DNA from: Trichoplax sp. H2
Lineage: Eukaryota
Direction of reading: 5' to 3'
NCBI GenBank assembly: GCA_003344405.1
Contig: NOWV01000321.1
Span: 1 to 48,765 of the forward strand
DNA length: 48,765 nucleotides
In this document: positions 40,003-48,765 of the stretch, one piece after another
How the letters are laid out: each line of letters begins with the position of its first letter
Position numbering within the stretch: position 1 is the stretch's first letter
Made by a program: the position numbers and the translations under genes
Notes under the pieces: model-generated
Told to the model about the DNA's origin: nothing
Database searches by the model: none
Seen by the model: only the letters and a program-made list of their open reading frames with translations

Positions 40003-40750
40003 CATAAATAAATTCTTATTATTTATTTGCTATTTCTCTCTATCATTGTATAATAACCCATATTTCTAAAGATAATGTCAATACCGGCATATCCGTTTTA
40101 TATCTAGATTACTATCTTTCAAACTATAAGCATGGATTACTTATGATAACGTATCGTCATTAAACAATGACTCTAAAAACTGTTAATAACAATATTCTTT
40201 GACAATAATGAATCGTTTATAACTTTTTTGTAATATATAAAATAGATCTATATAGCTGGTATACACTCTTAGCAGTAATATTGTCAATAGTACCAGTTAA
40301 CAACAAAAATAAGGAAATTTTGGTATATTATGATGTTGTCGTTCGAAGTTAACGTAAAATGATAGTAGATCGTGATGCAAGTAGAATTTGATACTAATAA
40401 TAGCTGTTTCCGTATGATCACTGTTTTACTTCAATTCATGGCTACGTTTAAAGTGTTAAATAACATCACATTATAATATCATTACATTGGAGTCTATCGT
40501 TGGCAGAAATTTTAGTATTGGCTTCCGATGATTTTATTACAGATTAGGATGATGTTTAGTCTTAGGAAAGTTATTTCTTATCTTGATCATATAGCGATAC
40601 ACAAGAACAATTATCAATTAAGTAATTAATTTATTAATATTCTTGCGAAATAACGGTCATCAAAATACGATCCGTAGCCATACCTTTGTTTATGATGTAA
40701 TTAATTATCTGTTAATTTTATAATAGAATTAATATAAAAATAGATAATTG
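40003..40750 (-). pseudogene. Degenerate paralog of G4, tail-to-tail with it
   Basis: VSLYDQDIRNNFPKT (RNNFPK at 40578-40561) resembles VGKYLAEYRNSFPKD. LLTGTIDNITAKSVYQLYRSILY resembles LLLKIQYLLDKTKILYENFLY. FRNMGYYTMIERNS resembles FMDEWYYNLVDYDS. The 5' boundary is approximate. Confidence 0.55.
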
Positions 40751-41492
40751 CTCTTTACATCATACTGATATATTATGCTATCTTGGCAAGAATCTGATGT
40801 TGAGCAATAATATGCCATTATATTGAAATCATACTACAGGTTGATCATTATTTTCTACTTAACAATTTCAACTTGTTAACTTGTTAAGGGAAATAATACG
40901 GTCATAATCGGTATTGCTATACCTTATGACTAGCTCACAATTAAGATATGAAAGTTAACAGCTAAGCAATATCATTTAAATTTCTACATTCGTATTGAAG
41001 AAAAATAATCATAACTGGAATAAATATTCATATATGATGTCATTTTAAATCTTATTGTGAACAGACTATGAGTTATTATTATGCAGTAACATCGTTTGAC
41101 GAAGTGTGATCGTCTTGGTTTACTTTCTGGTTTGACGTAATATTTCTCTAGAAACGTAATAAATAAACGACATTTTCTTTATGTACAGGTAGAATCACGT
41201 CAGAGCTTTTGAAGTAGTAGACAAATAGTTATAGAAACAAATAAAATGTCAACTAATGCGAAAAATTAAAATCTTATGCCATGAATAAGTTAATCTTAAT
41301 TTTTAGCAATAGCATCATCAATATCATTTCTGTAATGATTTATAAAAAGTATAAAAATACGATAGGAAACGATGTTCTATAAACGTAGCGAAAACTTTTA
41401 AAATCAGCAAAAGCTAGCAATGAAGTGATTTCCTTCCACAAAATATGTCAAATTGAATGTAAGGTATTGTATTCACATCGATATTAAGAGCA

Positions 41493-42934
41493 TTAACAAG
41501 AAGTTAGACGATATTTTAGGTCGATAAGTAAAGAGCTTATGGTAAAAATTAATATTTGTGCCACATCAGTAGTTGTTGATGAAGTAGTACTGACCAAAAG
41601 TACAACAACCAGTATTTATTATTGCTTATATAGCTTGATGAAATTACAGTTAATACAAGTCATCGTTTGTGTTTTTCACTACGGTATAATATACACATCT
41701 ACTTGTATATATGATATTGCTTCCTTTTTACGTAAATAAGGCACTAGTGCGATTAGTTAAACTTTGCTTAAAAGTAGAATTGTGTTATTTTCATCGATAC
41801 CAATATTTCAATCTTGTTATACGAGTACATACGGGCTAGTGCTTATTGAAGATGTTATTGATGCCCTGGATATTGTCAATATCGTTCAATTGTTATGCTG
41901 CAATTCGAAAAAAATTATGTACGTTCACTTTAACATTGCACGTGCTCACTATATCTATGCAAATATGATAGTGACGGCCATATTTAGACCGCACCTATTT
42001 ATTTTGTTTTACAATCTTGGTAAATAGGGCTACAAATACGCTGGAATTTAGCTTAATTCAAATGATGATAAAGCATATGTAGATCCAAACACATTATTCT
42101 CCATACAAAATAAAGCATCTGGAGTGTTTAACATCAGCAATTAAGGCTTGTTATTGAGAGTTAATGTTTCACAGGCTCTTCCGTAAATATCCAAGTATAA
42201 CGTAGTTTATATTGAGCACCCAAAAGCATGTAAATATAAGATCGGATAGTGGCAATTGACTGCAATAGTATCTATTTGTAGTTATAGATTGCAAGCATAC
42301 GATAAGGGAAGATTTATTATAAGTTAATAAAGGACGAGAAAAAAGGTTCATTTTTATGTTTTTAATTGTCTTGATAAGTGAATATTCTTATATAATATTT
42401 TAACTATTCATATTGCAACTTCATTCCATATTTCTTATTAGTTCATTTTTATTGGCAAGAATATGCATGTTATTTCAAAATTAGCGCTAAAATCAATAAT
42501 GCTCTACTGTACGAGGTATATTTGCAGTTGCGACCCTCCTATCATGTTTGACCATTTTTCTTACATAAAAAAATGCTGGCAATATTGCTGGCAGTTACTT
42601 AGCATGTTTTCGTGAAGTTTATTCGCGCGTTTTGCAGAATAGGTTATCAATGCGTTATTGATGTAGCGATAAATAACCCCTTGTAACCTTCTTTAATTAA
42701 TCAACAATTCTTAGCATATCTTGACGTGGGATGAAACTTCTATTAGTACCGTATTGTGCATTATTATGCCAATAGCCATTGCAATACGCCCCCAGTCTAC
42801 GATTTTTGCTGCAATACGTTGGCTATTGTTCAGCCAGGACTAAAATTTTATTATTGGGTCGGATGTTCGACTCAAGTCATGTTGACCGATAAAACCTACG
42901 GATACCATTTCCTACCTGGAATATAAAGAACCAT
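41493..42934 (-). pseudogene. Frameshifted paralog of G4
   Basis: Exon 1 42934-42916 (MVLYIP, G|gtagga, phase 1) joins tgcag|CA at 42808 to give AKIVDWGRIAMAIGII. Then QDMLRIVD*L/RRLQGVIYRYI resembles LDVLDIVNGQLRDVQIIVGKYL. Last exon QYYFINNY/DVAQILIFTISSLLIDLKYRLTSC* resembles WYYNLVDYDSNLNAIF...GRLDCRR*. Confidence 0.6.
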
Positions 42935-43547
42935 ATAGATTTGTAAATGAATTTAATGGTGAGTAGATACTACAAAATTGCTTACGCTCTAATTGTAACA
43001 GTGTTATGTTGCGCAAAAATTTAGTTTCTATCAAATATTTTGGGGGTATTTCTTAGGAAATGAACCCCATTTTTTCCAATTACAAAATATTATAAGTAAT
43101 TTCATAAATTAACATCCTTTGTTAAATTACTATGACTTTTTGAACCAGGTATTATACTTTAATTTACAGTACTATCGATAATGCACACAAGTAATCATTT
43201 AAGGCCTATAATTACGTATCATTCATTATTATAAAAGTTAAATAATGATTATAATTATAATTACTAATCAAGATATTGACAACGTAATTAATGTAGTTGT
43301 GTAATTAGTACAATATTGCAATACTGTACAATATTTGATTTCTAGAATTTGAGTGATCAATTAAATTAAATGATAAAAATAAAATTAATAAATAAATATT
43401 AATATAAAAAAAAATCTCTTTATTGGGACACTAACTGTTGTGCATTCAGGGATAATAGATACTTAAAAAAAAATGCGGTTTTAACATTGCGTATAATTAC
43501 AGCATTGACTAGTACCCTATGCTATACATTAGTGTACAGTAATTATA

Positions 43548-43952
43548 TTGACGTTTGACGAATGTCCTGAGCGTCATATTAATCCGCCCAGCCAAACCCT
43601 GACCTATGAAAGCAACTAGGCAGCCTATTAGTATCGTTTCAATCGAATAATGACAAGTACGGTAATGAGGCAGCCAAGAGCTACAGGAAGTTATCGCCTT
43701 CTAGTCATGCTAGCTTGTGCCCACAGAAACTTGAGAAATCCAAAAGAATTCGTAATTTCTGACACTGTGTACGAATGGACCAAAACATGCAATAGACTGC
43801 CGGGTAATACGTGGAAAACATTGTGCAGTAAGTATGCTCAAATACCGTATTAACATATTGACAATGGGTATAAAGATGAGCGATTCTCCTTCCGATGTCC
43901 ACGAACACCATGCTCACCCACACCCAAGGACTTGCAGCAAATTAAGTTTTAA
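43548..43952 (+). pseudogene. Unidentified decayed intronless coding relic, higher GC than the array
   Basis: One frame of ~135 codons with 3 internal stops that includes the 43650-43853 ORF (...EFVISDTVYEWTKTCNRLPGNTWKTLCSKYAQIPY*HIDNGYKDERFSFRCP...). No family recognised. Confidence 0.25.
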
Positions 43953-44067
43953 TGCGTATTGTTTGCTTCTACTTTTCCATACTAAAATCCTCCTATGAAA
44001 ATTATGCATTTTTTCCTACTTTACTGGTAGTGCTTATGTGCTAGCTAGTAGACTGGTACGTAGTGTA

Positions 44068-44451
44068 CACTCAGTCAACCCAGCCCTTTCGCTATGAATA
44101 TATCCAGAAATGCAGCTGAAACGGCTGTGTATCTTCAATGCAATTGGTCAAATCTATTTGCTTTTTCTTAGGAAAATCTATCAAGGTTTTCGGTGTGCAC
44201 CTGTCAAATCAAAGTCATCAGTTCCTACTCCCCTCGAATTACTTACATCTTTTACTTTCTGACGGTAACTTATCTACACGGGCGAAACTGCGGAATCGGC
44301 AAGACTAAATCTGTCAAGTACACACCGAAAATCTTAGTGTATAGCATTAAAACTTGGCATATTTGCTTGGACAAGTCCCGTTTTATGAAGGTAAACAGCC
44401 CATTTTAGCGGCAAACTGGTAGATGTCCCATGGAAAGGTTTGGTTCTAGTG
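44068..44451. mobile_element. Candidate MITE with degenerate ~55-bp terminal inverted repeats and TA flanks
   Basis: TA|CACT...AGTG|TA. Left cactcagtcaacccagccctttcgctatg...ccagaaatgcagctgaaacgg versus reverse complement of the right end cactagaaccaaacctttccatgg...ccagtttgccgctaaaatgg. Confidence 0.4.
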
Positions 44452-45061
44452 TACACTAGAGCGTACAGTAGGGCGTTCTAGTAGTTATTAGTGATCCTAT
44501 ACTGTACACATTGCTGAAAGAGCTTATACGGAGCATCATACTGTCCATACTGGATTGTATCTACCAAGCTTAAATCCATATTAAGTCCATTTAACGCATG
44601 CCCAAAGCGAATCGTGTACAGCTGTGGATTACTAGAAATTCTACCAGACAACCTAGTGACAGTTAGGTCTACCTAGTGCAGAATGATCACTCTTGGACGG
44701 ACAGACATTTTTCTGCTTCATTTCGTCAAAATATTGTGCCAAACACTTTGATACAGTACAGTATGACACTACTTTAGTACCGTATGCAGACGGTCGATTC
44801 TGAATTGAGTGATTTTTTCTAAAATTAAGTAATACTACAATGAATCTTATTCTCTGTTACTAAGGAAGTTCTTCTTGGAAAGAGGTCATTCTTCCAAGTT
44901 GATCTGCAAACAGTTATACTGTATGTACAGTATAGAAAACAGACACGGAAGATGCGTACTACAGTACTGTATACTACTGTATATTGTACACTGTACACTG
45001 TACAGTAAGTACTGTAGTTATTGCTCGACATTATTAACGGCCTCAATTGGCAAACGCACGT

Positions 45062-45177
45062 CCGTCCGAGGGAGTGATCAATCCAGATCTTCTTCTAGTA
45101 CCGTAGTCCAATGGACCGTCCGAGGGAGGGAGTGATCAATCCAGGCCTTCTTCTAGTAGTCCAATGGATCGTCTGAT
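45062..45177. repeat. ~54-bp tandem repeat, 2 copies plus a partial
   Basis: ccgtccgagggagtgatcaatccag..cttcttctagta(ccgta)gtccaatgga repeated. Confidence 0.8.
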
Positions 45178-46976
45178 GGTACAGCAGAGAGCTGCATGTT
45201 TCATCATTTTCCTATAAAAAAGACACGGATTTCGGTATGCATACAGTACACTGAGTACAGGGCGGGTGAAAAATTTGGACGTACTTTATATAGCTTTGCA
45301 TGAAAATTGCATCCGAATTTATTTTCGCTGTTTTTTGATCATACTAAAGCTATTCCAAGAGATTTTAGCTGATGTCATTATCCAAGTTATCGATTGTGCG
45401 CAAAGAGAATGACCAATTGGTCAATGCAAACAGTAGTCAGTGTACTGTAGTGTCCTGTACAGTACTGTACAGTACAATACTGTATTACTAGGGTCTAACA
45501 AAGGTTTCATTGTGAAGAGAAAAACCAAAGTCTTTGTACTGTACAGTGTACAGTACACTCTGCAAGTTTGCATGTGATCACGTCAGTACAGTACACTGTA
45601 GTCTCCAATTGTTTGTACTGTAGAGTTCATGTGCAGTTTTTTCTTCCTACTTTTAAATTTAGTATGATCAGTACTGGATGCACAGTACTGTATATGGACT
45701 GTTCCTTCTGTAGTAGTCCCTGGTATGGTGGCATGCCCAGTTACAACTAGTTGACCAGTATCACTATTTAAGTCAAAGATGTTCACAGTTCCGATCAGTT
45801 TTTCTCACTGTTTGGTACCATTGCGAGACCTTGAACGAGATTTTACATGTAAAGTGACGAAGGTAGGAAGGGAAAATTTTTCAATGTATACTACAGTACC
45901 GACTACGCATTCTATCCATGTATATGTAAACTAGATCCAAAATCCATTATACATTTGTACATTTACTCATGTGATTTTAGAAAGGATTACTTATTTTGAT
46001 ACATTTGGATAGTCTTGCAATGTTTATTGCCTATAATTTTGTGTATATTGATGATAAATACGGAACTAGTCGGACTAGTGAAAGTCCTCGTCTTTTGATG
46101 ATTGTTGTCATTTCTGTTCTATTCGGCCTCCGTCAGCAAGTTCGAAATATAATTATTTATTGACTGCCATCACAGCGATGATTCGAAGTGCAGTAATAAG
46201 ACAGGTCGATTATAGCTATCGATTGATAATCTGGTGCCTAGATATCTGATAGCAACTTGGTGAAGCGAGAATTCTGGTTAAACTACCAATTTCTATATTC
46301 AAAGAATCAAAAATAAAACTAAAACGGTCGAGAACTTCGTAGCAAAAACAAAACTGTTTTTTGAAGGATATTAATCAGTAATTGCCTGGAATTGCGGGTC
46401 TGAAATATCATTTAAGTGATTTTTAAAGTACCCATTTCTGCAATTTACTGTAAATTGACAGTATTCGCTAATCGTACTATAAGTTCAAGGACAGGTAATA
46501 GAGATACAATCTTGAGAAGCACAGTACTCCTGGTACAGTAGGAGGCTCAATTCTCTTTCTTAACGCAAGCGATAGTGTACTGTACGCTAGCCACGTAACA
46601 TTATTACAGTATACTGTACAGTACAGTAAATGTGAACAATTATTTCAGTGCACGGTAGCGTTAGCCATTGCTTTATTAATAACACACACTACTGTCAGCA
46701 TTTAAAGTTAAGTTAGTCTAAGCATGGTTGATAAAGGGATCTTTACTGCAGTCCTACATTGATTACTGTAGTACCTACTATATTCCGGCTAAACAGCAGC
46801 ATGGAATGCACTACCGTACGGAAATGATGTTGCAATGAAACTTTTACATAGACTACAATTGAAAGGGCCTCAAATGTCCTACTATACAGTACACTAGACA
46901 GTGCTGCCCAGTGGTATGTAGTAATAGTAGCTTGGTTTGTTGTGTGATTTAGGTTGAACAGTACAGTACTTGAAGG

Positions 46977-47237
46977 TGATTAAGTGACGGACTCTTGTTG
47001 GATCATATTGATTCCACTTTTTTCGGTAGTACCGCAAAAATGGCTACATGTACAGTACATTAAAACAGTCCAAAAGAGTTTCTGGCTAACATAAAGTCTA
47101 AAATTGATTAAGCGGCGGACTCATGTTGGCCCATATTGATTCAATTTTTTTCGGTAGTACCTGCAAAACGGCTATATGTACATACTGTAGAAGAGTTCAA
47201 AAGAGCTTCTGGCTACATAAAGTCTAAAATTGATTAA
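46977..47237. repeat. ~127-bp tandem repeat, 2 diverged copies
   Basis: tgattaag.g.cggactc.tgttgg..catattgattc...ttttttcggtagtacc...ttctggcta(a)cataaagtctaaaat repeated. Confidence 0.8.
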
Positions 47238-47627
47238 TTAATTAAAACTGTGGTTCGGTACCTAAGTTGAATATCTTGTGGAATACAGTAGACTGTACAG
47301 ACGTGCCACGGCCATGAAAAGCCTTAACCCTTTTTTAAATTATAAAAAAAAATAGAGCTATAGTATGTACTGATAGTACTGGTACAGTATTTCACATACA
47401 GTAGTTAGTAAGGGCATTTTATTTTTTTTATTTGACTGTTGTACACTGCACAGTACAGTACTTTGTACTGATAAATTAATATTATCCACCCGTCATACTG
47501 TACTGTACATGTCCCGTACTGTTTCGATGTGAAAAAAAAAAAAAATAATATAAAATTTGAATTTTTGAATTTAAAGTGATTGTTTATAACAGAGTTCTAT
47601 TTACTGTACTGTTCTAAACTTTAATCA

Positions 47628-47927
47628 TCAACTCTGGCTATAGAACGTTCTTTGATACTGAAATTTGAATAATAATAAATAAAATTGAATTGACGGCAAT
47701 TTTTTTTGACGTTGTTTCTCAATGCTAGAAAAGAATTTATCGTAGTTCAGTAGACATGACGGAATTTCCTGCCCTCCACGTGTTCTTGCTAATGATCGCT
47801 GGATCTGTATTGCTAACCGCGTTGTGCCTCTTATGTGGCTGCTATATGCTAAAGTAAGACATGAAATTTTGGAGTTATACATAGCCTTTCGAGCGTTTAA
47901 ATCTAACTCGCCGATTCTACTTTCAGT
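47628..47927 (-). CDS. Isolated open terminal-exon candidate (99 codons), possibly a family member
   Basis: Strong acceptor ctttcttaccatgtttcttcag|ACT, open only in phase 0; contains CLLNYDKFFSSI, which fits the family hh-x-YD motif. No upstream exon was found before the gap. Confidence 0.35.
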   Translation of the reverse strand, partial: TESRIGELDLNARKAMYNSKISCLTLAYSSHIRGTTRLAIQIQRSLARTRGGQEIPSCLLNYDKFFSSIEKQRQKKLPSIQFYLLLFKFQYQRTFYSQS

Positions 47928-48392
47928 CTGAAGAAACATGGTAAGAAAGTTATGAACGCATCACTTGGCTATGAAGTGGTAGGTTTAGCTTCACTATTTA
48001 CTGTGTACAGTATTATTGATCATTACGGTACAGTAAGACGAGGGTTTAATCGTGAAATTCCTATAGCGTAACTACGAAATAGCTCATAGTTAAATCCATG
48101 TTCAAATTGTTAGTATTATACGTTTCAGTATTATGTTTTTTCATACTGTATCTGATTTTGCTAACGGTACAGTTCTCTAGCCCTAACTATTTTACATAAA
48201 TCACTTCACACTTAAATCGTAAGCTACTGTGCTCTACGGTACATCGCAACCTCGTACTCGTGCGGTACAGTACAGTACAGTAATTAATAACCCGTGGAAG
48301 GTTCACGAGATAATAATGCAGTAGTACAGCATTATATTTAGGNNNNNNNNNNNNNNNNNNNNNNNNNNNNNNNNNNNNNNNNNNNNNNNNNN

Positions 48393-48586
48393 AGTATATC
48401 GTGAAATAAAGAGAATTCTCCAACTTAGTGTTTATCGTAAAATACGAGGTGTTTAAGTCTTTGTGTAGTCTGCTAGTAGAGCAAAAGTGTTTGTGATAGT
48501 GCAGATATCGTTCCTTGATACGTGGTTCAAGGAATTTACTTATTGATCGTATATTGCGTTATCTTGTTGCAAAGCTGTTTGTGACA
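48393..48586 (+). mobile_element. 3' part of the family-A solo LTR belonging to the 3038 insertion
   Basis: 48393-48508 is identical to 3473-3588; the element ends GTGACA followed by the GTCCA TSD and flank matching 3825-4003. Confidence 0.85.
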
Positions 48587-48765
48587 GTCCAATATACAAT
48601 ATAATTTTCTATTTGATTCTTAAGTTATCAAAAGAGGAACATGGGGATTATTGTATTCATTACTTTCACCTAGATCTTTATTATTGGAATATAATCTAGA
48701 GTCTTCTCAAATTTTTAGTTCGGAAATCCTAGAGTAATAATAAGAACATAAATTAACTTAATCTC

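Larger units (their letters stand above)
44750..48342. repeat. Block enriched in TACAGTAC/GTACTGTA quasi-palindromic motifs
   Basis: Dense clusters such as 44956-45017, 45440-45486, 45535-45600, 46610-46627, 47440-47522 and 48265-48281; the motif is much sparser in 1-43 kb. Confidence 0.7.

Noticed and set aside
2802..42934. Stop-codon reassignment (TAA/TAG read as Gln), suggested by frame-preserving TAA/TAG in exons such as 31054-31368, 33439-33702 and 27526-27699
   Set aside because: The intact genes have no internal TAA/TAG and end on TAA (2510) and TAG (39997). Other relics contain TGA stops and frameshifts. AT-biased neutral decay explains the pattern.
44825..45786. Short ORFs rich in Y/C/T/V in the ORF track
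   Set aside because: They are translations of the TACAGTAC low-complexity repeats and are open on both strands.
45062..47237. CRISPR-like array or prokaryotic operon
   Set aside because: The repeats are two-copy tandem duplications without unique spacers, and the window is intron-containing eukaryotic DNA with no long ORFs.
1..48765. tRNA, rRNA or other structured ncRNA genes
   Set aside because: No recognisable cloverleaf or rRNA motifs by eye; tRNAscan-SE and Infernal would be needed to exclude them formally.

Overview
AT-rich (~30% GC by eye) eukaryotic, probably animal, genomic DNA with short GT-AG introns and four N-gaps. The composition and intron sizes are compatible with a compact non-bilaterian genome such as a placozoan, but I cannot establish the taxon from the sequence. 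The ORF track misses the main content because it is spliced. About 0.5-43 kb is a tandem array, in both orientations, of roughly 20 divergent paralogs of one secreted, mostly alpha-helical protein family. Their shared layout is: signal peptide split by a phase-1 intron; helix + Cys-bearing loop exon; two-helix exon often starting with Pro; long loop + terminal helix carrying a [hydrophobic]xx[YF]D motif; all later introns phase 0. This resembles long-chain four-helix-bundle (class I) cytokine genes, which is an inference and is untested. Two copies are fully intact (510-2510 +, 311 aa; 38111-39997 +, 220 aa), one has a single premature TAA (10952-12710 -), one has two intact exons and an unresolved 3' end (25914-26553 -), and the rest are pseudogenes. 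Six LTR-like insertions lie in the array: five solo LTRs and one 5' end cut off by a gap. All three 20-N gaps sit between a filled and an empty allele of an LTR insertion, so they look like uncollapsed heterozygous polymorphisms. The last ~5 kb is a repeat-rich, TACAGTAC/GTACTGTA-rich block. All gene models were built by eye.
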